The notes: generated from the letters alone by a model not told the origin. A stretch of DNA of 64,000 nt from an uncultured Nitrososphaeraceae archaeon (GCA_963765895.1 CAVXZB010000019.1:377301-441300); one strand, 5' to 3'. Positions 22,505-33,589 are shown, numbered from the stretch's first letter. Numbers and translations: made by a program.

Positions 22505-22582
22505 GGACAGGCCATTGATTCAGGCTGAACCAAAAAAGTGGCCTTCAAAAACTCTATCTCCAGGCCAACACATTTTGTTCTT

Positions 22583-22741
22583 TTATCGTGATTGATCTGT
22601 GTTTTTGCCAAGCGATTGCTTCTTGATTTGCCTATCGCCAATCAGTAATTTCGTAACTACAAGTAAGCCAAAGACTGGGAATATACCTATGAACAAGTAA
22701 GGGAAAACCGCCAACAGAATAGAGGGTTCAAATATTCCCAA
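22583..22741 (-). CDS. Small single-pass membrane protein (52 aa; not in ORF track)
   Basis: TTG start, MGIFEPSILLAVFPYLFIGIFPVFGLLVVTKLLIGDRQIKKQSLGKNTDQSR*, AAGGAG and TATAAA upstream. Confidence 0.55.
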   Translation of the reverse strand: MGIFEPSILLAVFPYLFIGIFPVFGLLVVTKLLIGDRQIKKQSLGKNTDQSR

Positions 22742-22863
22742 TTCTAAATTTACTCCTTATACATTTATACGAGTTTACGTGGGCCAAATACAAAATATAT
22801 ATTTTATCGATTGCTACCGCTATCTGGTTCGAGATATACTAGAAAAGGGTCAAGTTAAACCGC

Positions 22864-24618
22864 TTACCAATAACTTACTTTTATCTTCTCAATTGCTCTT
22901 TCGTGCTCTGGGCCCAATCTTCTTGCAAATCTTTCCATTGCAGTTAAAGGAACTCCGCCTAGGCTTCTCGCCAATCCGGCAAAAAATAGGTTCTTAGCTG
23001 CATTCTGCCGTCCAATCTTACGCATAAACCTTTGAATTCCATATTTGAAGTTGTGCTGCCAGGTCTTATACATAACACCTAGTTTTCCTGGATCCATTGT
23101 ATTGCCTATATCAAAGAATTCGGACTTTTCGAGGAGTCCGATGGGTACGAATGTCAAAGGGGTGACTGTAAATTTTGAATCTGGCTGTTCAATCTCAAGA
23201 TCGTGAATGAGACGTATAGTCTCCCAACTATCTTCCGCGGTTTCGTCGTTATCAAGACCCATAATAAGCGTGAAAGCAGGCACCCAATAATTATCATTAA
23301 ACGTTTTGATTCCAGTCTTGACTACCCAATGCCATTCTTCTGGTCGGAACGGAGCTAGCTTTCTGTCGGCATACTTGCCAATGAGCCTAATGCTTCCAGT
23401 TTCAAAACCACACTGAATTCCGATGTGGTTATCCGGTCCGGCTCTAATGATCTTAGAAATATTTGGGATCAGTCTTTCATCGGCGATTGCCCCAGCTAAA
23501 GTACCATGAGTGGGATTTGTATGTTCTATGCCTGTGTCCATAATGCCCCTAAATAGGTCCTCCAATGCTTCTCTATTAGGCTGCATATTCTTTGTAGTCC
23601 TTGGATTAAGTCCATAAACAAATATGTCATCGCTCTGAATCCAAGCACTCTTAATACCCCCATATTTCATATTTATTTCAATTTCCTTTTGGACCTTCTC
23701 GACTGGATAATATCTCAGCGGTCTCAACGTTACGTCACAGAATTTACACCCTCTTCCGCAGCCTCTCATCACTTCTACCATACCGTGCATGCTTGGATTT
23801 ACTATGGTTGGTATCTCGTCCATCTTCGGTTCGTCACCGTAATGAATGAATCTCCCATAATGTCTCGATTCATCACCTCTTGCAAATTCTTTTATCTCCA
23901 CTTTAAATTCGGATTTCTTAAATGGGTTCGAATTCTCCAATTCACCGTTAATTACTGCATCAAAAAATCTGGCGCCTGGCCCATCTAATTCAGGACCTAT
24001 TCCACCCATATCACCTTCTACTATGCCGTAAATACCATATTCTTCAATCTTCGCCGGATCATAATTATACTGCCAAGTCCCCGATGCTCCAGCAATCACT
24101 TTTGCCTTACTACCACTTTTCTCTTTGGCTGCTTTGATTCTCAAATGAAGCTCTCTACAATAGAATTCGTCGTAAGACATATGTTTTCTACCATATGTAA
24201 ATGTCATAGTAACAGGACCCATGCCAAGTGGATCCATTTCATATGTTCCGACTACCTCAGTTTCCGGTCCTATGAACCTCTCAATATGCTCAGGGTGAGC
24301 AACTACCACATCTTCTGGTTTATATCCATCCCTAAGAAGAGCCGACTCCACCTTCCTTAATCCATATGGGGCATAAGCCACAATTCCATTTTTATGCTCG
24401 ATAGGATTACATATAAAATCGAAAAGCAACCTCGGGGTCACTTGCTGACCTAGTACTTTATACCAAAATGTTCCATGATCTCTATTTATATCTAAGGCTG
24501 GCGCACAGCCGAAAAATGAAGCTAGCGAAATTCCCCTATAGGGTGACATTAATGTTCTGTCTGCTGTTAGTACTATCTTTGGATACTTCATTATTAAAAC
24601 TCTAGACGCTCTAACCAT
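22864..24618 (-). CDS. B12-binding radical SAM enzyme resembling GDGT ring synthases (Grs family)
   Basis: CGRGCKFC radical SAM motif; N-terminal IVLTADR...APYGLRKVE...MDPLG region recalled from archaeal Grs-type proteins; GFETGS. Confidence 0.75.
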   Translation of the reverse strand: MVRASRVLIMKYPKIVLTADRTLMSPYRGISLASFFGCAPALDINRDHGTFWYKVLGQQVTPRLLFDFICNPIEHKNGIVAYAPYGLRKVESALLRDGYKPEDVVVAHPEHIERFIGPETEVVGTYEMDPLGMGPVTMTFTYGRKHMSYDEFYCRELHLRIKAAKEKSGSKAKVIAGASGTWQYNYDPAKIEEYGIYGIVEGDMGGIGPELDGPGARFFDAVINGELENSNPFKKSEFKVEIKEFARGDESRHYGRFIHYGDEPKMDEIPTIVNPSMHGMVEVMRGCGRGCKFCDVTLRPLRYYPVEKVQKEIEINMKYGGIKSAWIQSDDIFVYGLNPRTTKNMQPNREALEDLFRGIMDTGIEHTNPTHGTLAGAIADERLIPNISKIIRAGPDNHIGIQCGFETGSIRLIGKYADRKLAPFRPEEWHWVVKTGIKTFNDNYWVPAFTLIMGLDNDETAEDSWETIRLIHDLEIEQPDSKFTVTPLTFVPIGLLEKSEFFDIGNTMDPGKLGVMYKTWQHNFKYGIQRFMRKIGRQNAAKNLFFAGLARSLGGVPLTAMERFARRLGPEHERAIEKIKVSYW

Positions 24619-24804
24619 ATGCTTTCATATTGGAAGGATATTAAGTTTTTCAATTTTGACTGAGGTCTTCGCAAGTTCACAATTGGCTCTGGTGAATGTT
24701 CAAATTATCCCACTTTGAGAACAACTACTTGATAGTATCAGGAGCGAAACCCAAAATATGCTAGATAAACGAATAGGATACAAGTAGCAAGAGTGACTCG
24801 ACAC

Positions 24805-24972
24805 TCACTTCTTTGCACCCAGTGATCTGTTTTTCAACCTTAAGCGTGTTCCTCGACATTTTCGACATCTCAGAGCCGAAATCGGGTTTCTTCCTCCACA
24901 TTTGAAGCATATTTTAAAGAATAGTCTCCGTTGTTGTGCTATCTGTTTTTTTGCAGGATCTGTAATTGGCAT
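24805..24972 (-). CDS. rpl40e: 50S ribosomal protein L40e (55 aa; not in ORF track)
   Basis: MPITDPAKKQIAQQRRLFFKICFKCGGRNPISALRCRKCRGTRLRLKNRSLGAKK*, with the C4 zinc ribbon of L40e. Confidence 0.93.
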   Translation of the reverse strand: MPITDPAKKQIAQQRRLFFKICFKCGGRNPISALRCRKCRGTRLRLKNRSLGAKK

Positions 24973-25453
24973 GATCTTAATCTGTGATCTTCGCAGGAAG
25001 ATTTTTACTTTTCTATGTCCTTCTTTTGATTAAGCATATATACGAACTTAAAGCCTACAAGACCGAATGAAATTCATATTGGCTGAAAAGTAAACATGGA
25101 AATTGTGAATCTGGTTAGAAATATCTCCGTTTTATAGGATCAGAATTTTACTAATTATTCCTCGATCTGGAATCTATCTAGAAGGTCAGACAATTAATGA
25201 TTCGAATCAAATGGAAACACAAGAACCCTGTCGTGACGAGATAATCGATGCCTTTGGTTGCTATGCTGGCCATGTCTGTTTACTGGAAATTCTCAACAAT
25301 TCGATTGAGCAGGATGCTGAACTTAACTTTGTTGCTTTATGTGTTTGTTCTAACTATTGATTCAATTATTTGTGCTACTTATTTCTATTTATGAGTTTAG
25401 TTTAATTGATTTCGAAATTTAGAGAGGTAACAATTGGTCGCTGACTCTTGCTA

Positions 25454-25756
25454 TCATAACTTTATCATAAGCCTTATTTGCCTAGGCTGACAGCCTAATG
25501 TTATTGTTGAGTTTAGAGTAAACGATTTTGTTGAATGTTTCCATGGAATCATTTTAATTTTCAGACGGTGGTTATACTGTTCTGGATTTTTCAAGACTGC
25601 ATGCAATCCTAGTACCTTTAACTTAAAAACGGCAGGTTTTTGAGCCCCACCATAATCCGAGATAACCGCCTTCGGACCAATCTGAAAGTCATACTCGTGG
25701 ATCTGTCCTGCCCTTAACGTGCCTGGGACGTTTATAAAATGAAAATGGGCGTCCAT
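25454..25756 (-). CDS. Hypothetical protein or gene remnant
   Basis: 100-aa beta-rich ORF; no motif recognised. Confidence 0.3.
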   Translation of the reverse strand: MDAHFHFINVPGTLRAGQIHEYDFQIGPKAVISDYGGAQKPAVFKLKVLGLHAVLKNPEQYNHRLKIKMIPWKHSTKSFTLNSTITLGCQPRQIRLMIKL

Positions 25757-26049
25757 ATTTTATTAGTGATGCGTACTCCTACCAGTCAATCTAGCTTATC
25801 TCTAATACCGAGCAAAGGCTACGAATACTATCAATTAGCTTTTGTATCGATTGGAGCAATCATGTCTTTTGTATTATGCCCTCCAGCATAGAATAAAGCC
25901 TTCACTTGACTGGTTGTACTAATGTATCTGAATAATTAAATCAAAGTATAAATATGGGTATAAAAATATGGAAGAATCTAGCATATCTATTAATATCATA
26001 CTAAACCTATGCATTTCTGTGTCACTATTCGTAAGATATATTTGTAAGC

Positions 26050-26241
26050 ATGGACCCTCTTTCGCGCACTGCTATGACTAAACAGAGTGCAGTTTGCACT
26101 ATGTGCGGGAAAAGCTTTACGGATAGTACAAAAATTCTAACCAGGAATATATGTGGAAAATTTGTTGAATTCGATTCTGTCGACTGCGCAGGTATTTACG
26201 AGCGCTTACATAGTGTATATGGAAATTCCATTGAAATATAA
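26050..26241 (+). CDS. Small TRASH/YHS-like metal-binding protein
   Basis: CTMCG...FDSVDCA..Y....VYG. Confidence 0.65.
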   Translation: MDPLSRTAMTKQSAVCTMCGKSFTDSTKILTRNICGKFVEFDSVDCAGIYERLHSVYGNSIEI

Positions 26242-26678
26242 TACTATTCAGCGGACTCACAGCGCATTGTACCGACTATATGATGGACGTTATCCAAGCA
26301 ACTAATATCTCGAGATTTGCTAATCATGATGTTTCTGCGGGATAAATTTAACGAGCACTTGAGCCATTCTATCGGGGGTTCATGCATCCTGTGGAGAACG
26401 TATTTCAAAAGGGTGGAACTGTGCTGTGTGAGTTAACAAAAGATTTAAAAGCTCACTTTTTTGATAATAAACTGCGACTCCTGTAGCGAATCGCGTTTTT
26501 ATTAAAATGCATTTTACACTTCACCAAATGGAATAGTTAAGGACTTGGAAGCTTTCGTGAAACAATACAATGATTCCAATCATAATAAGCATAGCCTGTC
26601 CTGTATCGCCCGCTAAATAATCCATCTCTATATTAGTGAGAATCATAAATTGAAAGTCTTTATACCCAATGAAGTTAG

Positions 26679-27758
26679 CTAACGCGTAAGATTACCTTTC
26701 ACTGGGGCCGTCATCTCTGAATGAGACCCCGGATTGGATCTGGCTATCGATAGTGATGCTGCTGTTGATTCGGTCTGAACCGGATTCTGGAAAAAAGGTA
26801 GCATACCCCCGCCACCAAAGGAGTAAGGCATCTGTCCATTCCACTTATTAATTGCCTGCCATTGAAGATACTGAGGATCTTGTCTTAACTGCGATGTAAT
26901 AATTTTGATTGCTTGTGATTCTCCTCCTGCCTTAGCTACATTTGCCTTGGCTAGCGCCTGAGCTTGAACTACTGTCTGATTTGCAACAACGGTTATGGCT
27001 TTCAGGTTATTCTGTTCAGTCAAATATTTCTGGAACGCTACTACTTTTGACTCTATCTGGTTAGCGAAGGCTTCTGAAAATTGAAAGTCAGTTATAAAAA
27101 CTGTCTCAACGATTATGTCCCGTGCGGAGAGCGTATTTCTTATCGCCTCAGCAATGACTCCTTTCGCAATTTCCCGTTTTGTGATTAGCTCCTCAGCATC
27201 AAACTTTGCAACACTCGCTTTGACCGCTTCCTGAATTGTCGGTGCAATAATTCTATCAGCATAGTCCGAACCTAATTGTTGGTATATAGCGTTCGCGTCA
27301 CTCGGATTCAGATGATAATTAAGTGCTATAACTGTCTGCACCTGCTGTAGGTCATTAGATGCGGCCGAGGCTTCCGCTTGATATTTCAGAGTACCAACTT
27401 CTAGCTGTATAACCTGTTCAGCAAATGGAACTATAAAATGAATGCCCTCTCCCAAAACCCTATTCTCGACCGCACCTAGATTAAGAATAACTCCTCTATG
27501 TCCTGCCTGCACTATGACTACAGATTCAGACAAAAATATGATCACAACAATTAATGTGGCTGCTGCCGCTATAATCTTAAATCTATTATGAGTTAGCTGG
27601 TACAACCCTCTGGAGCCTGTAGAATTCGCATAATCGTAAGGAACTTCTCGAGTTGGAATATTTAGTCTCCTACGACGGTATATTGAGCGGAACACAACCG
27701 CACAAATAATCAATAGAACAATAGCAAATATCGCAATTGATGGATCTATAACTGTCAA
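26679..27758 (-). CDS. SPFH/band 7 (prohibitin-like) membrane protein
   Basis: N-terminal TM segments, AGHRGV..GIHFIVPF, DLQQV, AEELITKRE, FQFSEAF, KWNGQMP. Confidence 0.9.
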   Translation of the reverse strand: MTVIDPSIAIFAIVLLIICAVVFRSIYRRRRLNIPTREVPYDYANSTGSRGLYQLTHNRFKIIAAAATLIVVIIFLSESVVIVQAGHRGVILNLGAVENRVLGEGIHFIVPFAEQVIQLEVGTLKYQAEASAASNDLQQVQTVIALNYHLNPSDANAIYQQLGSDYADRIIAPTIQEAVKASVAKFDAEELITKREIAKGVIAEAIRNTLSARDIIVETVFITDFQFSEAFANQIESKVVAFQKYLTEQNNLKAITVVANQTVVQAQALAKANVAKAGGESQAIKIITSQLRQDPQYLQWQAINKWNGQMPYSFGGGGMLPFFQNPVQTESTAASLSIARSNPGSHSEMTAPVKGNLTR

Positions 27759-28005
27759 GCTTATAACAACAGTTTTAGTATATTATATTACGATTTAAAC
27801 CCTTGTTTTTATTCAACCATCAAATTTAAGTCCATTATATTGCATCACAGATTGCTAATCAAGTGGAAGTTCGACCATTAGGAGGATTCATTGTTCGAAG
27901 AGCGACCTATGGATCCTCATCTAAATGTAACATTACTATCTCATACAAACCAAAGTCAAGAATATATTCGATAAATTTAGATGCATTAGATCGCAATTGT
28001 AATCT

Positions 28006-29001
28006 ATGCAGAAGGGTATCATATTAACGCACAGATTTCAAAGCAAAGTCCTTCGAATTAATCCACTTGGCGATCCGTTTGAAAGAGATATAATTGTGTA
28101 CCTACCACCCGGATATAAGCGAAGCAACTCGAAAGGCTATGTAACTGCATTTGGCTTGGCGGGATTTGGTGGTCTAGGAAGAACGTTCTTGAATATCGAC
28201 CCTTTAAGTGAGAATCTAGAAGACAGGATGAACCGTCTTGTTTCATCCAAGATATGTGGACCACTGGTGTTGGTTTTGGTAGATTGCTATACAAAATTTG
28301 GCGGAAACCAGTATATTAACTCAGAGGCGACAGGCAAATATGAAGACTATATCATTAGCGAGATAATCCCATTTATTGATAGCGAGTATAATGTGTCGGC
28401 CCGGGCCGTTTGGGGCAAATCCTCCGGTGGGTATGGATCGTTTGTACTCGCTACCCGAAATCCAACAGTATTTACGGGATTCGCTGATCACTCAGGTGAT
28501 GCGGCATTCGAATATTGTTATCTTCCGGATTTTCCAAAAGCTCTAGATTCATTTAGAAAAAGCGGAGGTCCCAAATGTTGGCTAGAAAACTTCTTGAAAA
28601 AACAAAATAAGCATCAGAAAGATGATGCGGCCGCGTTGAATATTCTGGCAATGGCAACCCATTACTCGCCGAATCCTGAAGAAAAAGAACTAGGAATCGA
28701 TCTCCCATTTGATCATCAGACCGGAGAAATATCAGAAAGGGTTTGGAATCGTTGGCTGGCATGGGATCCTATAAGACTGGTTTATGAATACCAAACAAAC
28801 CTGAGAAAACTAAAGCTCATCTACATTGATTGTGGAAAGAGGGACGAGTATAATTTGATTTGGGGCGCAAGGATCCTGCATTCTAAATTAGAACGACTAA
28901 AGATCAATCACTTATATGAAGAATTTGATGATGGCCACTCCAACATTAGCTACAGGTATGACGTCTCACTACCGAAAATTTACGATGTGCTGTCAAATTA
29001 G
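28006..29001 (+). CDS. Alpha/beta-hydrolase, putative esterase
   Basis: VYLPPGY, nucleophile motif GKSSGGYG, DCGKRDE, DGH. Confidence 0.88.
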   Translation: MQKGIILTHRFQSKVLRINPLGDPFERDIIVYLPPGYKRSNSKGYVTAFGLAGFGGLGRTFLNIDPLSENLEDRMNRLVSSKICGPLVLVLVDCYTKFGGNQYINSEATGKYEDYIISEIIPFIDSEYNVSARAVWGKSSGGYGSFVLATRNPTVFTGFADHSGDAAFEYCYLPDFPKALDSFRKSGGPKCWLENFLKKQNKHQKDDAAALNILAMATHYSPNPEEKELGIDLPFDHQTGEISERVWNRWLAWDPIRLVYEYQTNLRKLKLIYIDCGKRDEYNLIWGARILHSKLERLKINHLYEEFDDGHSNISYRYDVSLPKIYDVLSN

Positions 29002-29105
29002 CTCTGTTAGGGCTGAATAGGATAGTCTAGTGTATTATGGCATTTATAAATTAACGAAAACAAGAACGGTGATAAGATGACTTTAGTCTAGCGTGTTACT
29101 GCAGA

Positions 29106-29549
29106 ATGAATTATATCAGTGATAGTCATAATGATGCCAATCGTGATTTGACTGTCAATTTTACTAATGATGAAATAAATTTTCTAATAGCTCAGGAGGT
29201 ATGCAGGCTATCTACGGCTAACAATAATTTTCCTCACGTTACTCCTGTATCGTACATCTTTGTAAAAGGTAAACTGGCTTTTGCGACAGATTACGATACA
29301 AGAAAATACAAGAACATTGTGAAAAATAAGAAGGTAGCTATTGTTATTGATACCTACGACTCCTCAACGATTAATAGAGCTGTTGTCATTGAGGGCGATG
29401 CCGAGATAGTAATAAATGGGGTCGAATTCGAAGGATTATATAGCAAATTCTATAAGAAATTTGAATGGGTACGGCGTGAACCGTGGAATGAAGGAGAAGC
29501 GCCATTTGTTTTGGTAATACCTATGCGTAAGATAAGTTGGGGAATTTAG
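29106..29549 (+). CDS. Pyridoxamine 5'-phosphate oxidase-like split-barrel flavin/F420-binding protein
   Basis: CRLST..PHVTPV, TRKYKNIVKNKKVAIVID, ISWG. Confidence 0.85.
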   Translation: MNYISDSHNDANRDLTVNFTNDEINFLIAQEVCRLSTANNNFPHVTPVSYIFVKGKLAFATDYDTRKYKNIVKNKKVAIVIDTYDSSTINRAVVIEGDAEIVINGVEFEGLYSKFYKKFEWVRREPWNEGEAPFVLVIPMRKISWGI

Positions 29550-29668
29550 GACAAGCCCAAATATATGGAAATCCTTTGTAATACCTTCAACAAAGTTTAG
29601 CTCTAATGCTGAGTAATAATATGTACTTTTTACTAATGTTCTAAAAGCACTGATTATCATCTTAACGT

Positions 29669-30304
29669 ATGGATAGAACTTCGATGTTTAGATTCGCCAG
29701 ACTAAGCTATCCATCTAACAGTACGAATGTTCGTACCCTTCCATCTTCAGCGTATCACCGATCCATGTCACTAGGAGATTACGATAGGCCCAATATGAAA
29801 ATTCCAATAATATTTCAGCAAAGATCTAATATATCATGCGAGAGCCAATTAAAAAGCAAAGAAAGATATCAAAAAAAAATCAACACTGAAAATAACAATA
29901 GTTCCGTAAAACGTCAGAATATTATGATTGTTGACGACGAAGATGACATCAATCTTCTTTTTACAATGCTATTATGCGGCGAGGGTTACAACGTTGAAGC
30001 ATTTACCGATCCAGACATTGCTATTATGAAATTTGAAGATGGTTTCTACGATCTATTAATCATCGATATATTGATGCCAACAATGAATGGATTTGAACTC
30101 TACGAAAGGCTAAGACAATTTGATAATGAGGTGAAGGTATGCTTTTTAACGGCAGGGGAAATTAACTACGAACAATTCAAAAAAGCAGCGTCATTTCCGG
30201 AGATAACAACCGAAGATTGTTTCATAAAAATTCCGATTGAAAATAATGTATTAATTAAAAAAGTAAAGAATATTCTTTCAATTGATCGGAATTGTCCGAA
30301 TTAA
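29669..30304 (+). CDS. Response regulator receiver with N-terminal extension (start uncertain)
   Basis: IMIVDDE, DILMP, FLTA, KIP. Confidence 0.85.
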   Translation: MDRTSMFRFARLSYPSNSTNVRTLPSSAYHRSMSLGDYDRPNMKIPIIFQQRSNISCESQLKSKERYQKKINTENNNSSVKRQNIMIVDDEDDINLLFTMLLCGEGYNVEAFTDPDIAIMKFEDGFYDLLIIDILMPTMNGFELYERLRQFDNEVKVCFLTAGEINYEQFKKAASFPEITTEDCFIKIPIENNVLIKKVKNILSIDRNCPN

Positions 30305-30354
30305 ATTTAAGTGATCCACTTCTTAATGAGCAATAAATATACCACATCACAGGT

Positions 30355-31005
30355 TCAGTCTAGTTGTGAATTCACTCTCTCAATCAGCTCGTTTGCTCCA
30401 ACAGGCTTTTTTATGAAGCATCCGAGACTAATTCTTGGATATATCTCCCGGATAGCCTCTTGGTTCATTTCCCCGCCGGACAAAAAGCACACCCTAATGT
30501 TAGCGTCCAAACCTACCAATTTCTCACACAGCTGAAATCCATTCATGACCGGCATATTGATATCAATTAACGCAAGATCATAATAATTAGGCTTGAAGGT
30601 CGAAAGCGCTTCTACTGGGCTAGCGTATGAAGCTATCTGGAACCTAGTAGGGTGACCCTCAAATACTGATTTGAGTGTAAAAATAATATCGGGTTCGTCG
30701 TCAACAATAAGGATCCTCTTCAACGGCTGATATCCAGAGCGTACATTTAAAAAGTCAGACTTAATGGCATTCTTTGCTTCGCCAGTATTGTCATGACTCG
30801 AATTACCTCTTATTTCATCAAGTGATTTGTCAAAGTCTTCTAAATTATAGTTCGAATGACTATCTACACGAGTGGTATGAGGCCTTGAAATACAACCAAT
30901 TAGATTTGTAGTTTGCTTCTCTGTAACCGTTACCTTATAGACGTCGGTGGTCAAGTCTATAGAAAAGATACTTGACTGCAATTTGAAGGCATCAGCGATA
31001 ATCAT
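30355..31005 (-). CDS. Response regulator receiver with N-terminal extension (start uncertain)
   Basis: ILIVDDE, DINMP, FLSG, KKP. Confidence 0.85.
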   Translation of the reverse strand: MIIADAFKLQSSIFSIDLTTDVYKVTVTEKQTTNLIGCISRPHTTRVDSHSNYNLEDFDKSLDEIRGNSSHDNTGEAKNAIKSDFLNVRSGYQPLKRILIVDDEPDIIFTLKSVFEGHPTRFQIASYASPVEALSTFKPNYYDLALIDINMPVMNGFQLCEKLVGLDANIRVCFLSGGEMNQEAIREIYPRISLGCFIKKPVGANELIERVNSQLD

Positions 31006-31475
31006 ATATTCTCCTCTTCAGGTAAAATGTACGGCACAAATGTAAAAGGCAAGAAGATTCAAAACAACTAATGAACATAGATCTTATTCACAATAGTTGT
31101 ATATAATAATTAATATAGTTGGCAGCTTAGTAGTCTAAAATTAAATTAGGACGAAAATCAAGTCAAGATTGTGAACATCCAGCCTCCATCTAAAGGATCT
31201 ATAAGAAGGCTTCTGAGAAAATATGGTATTAGACTTCATGATAAATCCCTCAATCGGACGTGATAAACCCAGACTTGTTTCCCTCTTATTTACAGCTTGT
31301 TACTTTGAACCTGACATTTTCTCATTTGTCCTAGTATTTTGGTTCATGTCTTGCATCGGAACAAGTGTCTTTTCGACAATATCGTCAATCTTTAATAGCA
31401 ATTCATAGCCGAATTTCTTTCGTTTCGTATTCTATTGTCTGTACTACAGTGAAATTGCTGACCAAGGGCGTAGGC

Positions 31476-32000
31476 TCATAATAGCCCATCTTCGTGTAAT
31501 TTATTTAGTATAGGAGCAAGTGATTTCATTGTTTCTTTTTCTCCCAAAATTATCCGATCTCTAATGATCAGAACTATTGAAAGCATGTTTCTATCTTCGC
31601 GTGCAGTATACACTAGACTGCCCACAATTCCCAAAATTGTGCTATTTTGGGATAACCAAGTCCTCCATATACCAGCGGTTCTGGTATTCCTATCCAAACC
31701 ATCAACGACGTCATTAATTGTAATTCCGCTCTGGTTATCGAGCAATTCGAGTTTTAGCATAGGAAGCATCATACTACCCCCCTGAACCTGTTTATGCTTC
31801 TTGTTCATCAACCTACGGGCACTATCTTCGTCCAATCCACGGCCGAGCTCACCATTGCTCGCGAGCTCATCTTTATTCTGATCTGTACTACTATAATCAG
31901 GAAAAAAATAACCTGCAAGACGCTTTGCTGAATCATAAATCTTGTAAAGGGCGTCTTCATACTCAAGACTCCATTCAAATCTGCTGGGGCGATTAAACAA
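31476..32000 (-). CDS. Hypothetical protein
   Basis: 174-aa ORF with globular composition; no motif recognised. Confidence 0.6.
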   Translation of the reverse strand: MFNRPSRFEWSLEYEDALYKIYDSAKRLAGYFFPDYSSTDQNKDELASNGELGRGLDEDSARRLMNKKHKQVQGGSMMLPMLKLELLDNQSGITINDVVDGLDRNTRTAGIWRTWLSQNSTILGIVGSLVYTAREDRNMLSIVLIIRDRIILGEKETMKSLAPILNKLHEDGLL

Positions 32001-32261
32001 AACATCCTTATTTTACACTAATTCATATTTTAGCTTACTTAATATGGAACTTCAAAACATGCTAGCAATTTTCTGGTTTTGATGTTTTTCAAAGATGGCC
32101 GTGGACTTTCTGCACATCTGTTGGGCTGATTGGGCGCATTGGCCCTGTATTGTCCGGTATTCTTGCAAAAACACTCGCGGGAAATTAACTTTGGCATTCG
32201 ATATCTATACGCCTGAATTTGTTTAACTGATTTGCCAAACATTCGAGTCAGAATTTGTTTA

Positions 32262-33258
32262 GAGCCTATCACAAAAACAGGTAGACATATAGCTTGTGAG
32301 GGTTTTGTTCATAAGTGTGGCTTATGAAAGTCAAGTATCTTCCGACTGTCAAAGGAATCCCGATGCGCTATGGGGATGAGGCCAGATTGTTGATATCTTC
32401 CAATCTAAGGAGAAGCACTTCAATAAGAAAAACTAAATAACACCATCTGACTTACAGCAGCAGTCTCATTTAGGAAGGTATTCGGTGGCATTCTGTATGT
32501 TTTTGGAATGTCTTAAGAATTGAATGTCAATGTCAATAGAAGATAGATGTTGCCAAAGGAGTATGGTTCAGGTTCGACATATCATAGACTATTCCTGTAA
32601 TGGTCAATATAAGATATTTGAGAGATTATGGACTAGACGTGCTAAAAAAAGTGTATGATGGCTAAAGTAGGAATTCAATAGAGAGGCAACTACTTGATAG
32701 TAGTAGTATATCGGTAAAGGCATCTCCAGGCAGAAATGACTGATTGGACCTAATCCTATAGACAGATGTAAGTTAGTTAGGAACAAAGCGTCATCATGTA
32801 TTAATAACCGATGGACAAGGTATTCCATTATCTGTTGTTGTTGTTGTTATAACTGCGGCTAATACGCATGATGATATGAAAGGCAGCTATAAACACGCTG
32901 GATAATACTACCGTAGTTAAAAGATCGTCTAGGACATATAAAGAAAAACAGAATCTTTATCTATCTTGGTAAAGGATATGGCTTTCAAACGATCGTAGTG
33001 TACGAATCGATAAAGGATATCTACCACATATTTGACATAGAGGAGAACAATCAGTTATAAAGATTAATGGTTGTAATAATCATCGTCATCATGCTAAAAG
33101 AAGATGGGTTGTAGAAACAACTAACTCTTGGTATAACAGGTTCAGAAAACTCTTAGTTAGGTACGAGAATAAGTTAGGAAGCTATTTTGCATTAGTAGTA
33201 GTAGTATGTTTAGGCTGTTGTATAGTTATCTATAGGAGGATAATTTTGGGACAGGCTC
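32262..33258 (+). mobile_element. Decayed IS5-family (IS1031-like) insertion sequence, 997 bp
   Basis: Terminal inverted repeats GAGCCTATCACAAAA / TTTTGGGACAGGCTC (13/15), TTA on both flanks (32259-61, 33259-61); fragments RKVFGGILYV, MLPKEYGSGSTYHR, GTKRH, TDGQGIPLSV, AANTHD, RRWVVETTNSWYNRFRKLLVRYE. Confidence 0.9.
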
Positions 33259-33334
33259 TTAGTGAAGACTAGACACAGTTAGATCTTATTAAGAATAAAA
33301 GACTAAATAAATTCGGAGCGAGTATTTTATTTAT

Positions 33335-33589
33335 CTATTGATCAGATTGATGTCCTAGTGTTGTGGAGTTCCTATCTGATGTCGTTCCACTTTCGAATGT
33401 CTCTCCTATTGTTGTACTGCACGCTTTTCTGCTATCGCACACGGTTTTTTGACAAGGTTTGTCGTCAGAGCAGTTTATATTAACCGTTTTTGACTTTACT
33501 TGATAGTCATGCATTGTGGTGGAAATCAACACTAATGCTAAAGCCAATGACAAGATAACGAGTGATATGTTCCTATTATACTCTCGCAT
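33335..33589 (-). CDS. Small secreted Cys-rich protein
   Basis: Signal/TM segment followed by CSDDKPC-QKTV-CDSRKAC. Confidence 0.6.
   Translation of the reverse strand: MREYNRNISLVILSLALALVLISTTMHDYQVKSKTVNINCSDDKPCQKTVCDSRKACSTTIGETFESGTTSDRNSTTLGHQSDQ

Noticed and set aside
32604-32828. ORF-track entries 32604-32828 and 36531-36728
   Set aside because: Antisense shadows of the decayed IS5 and IS6 transposases
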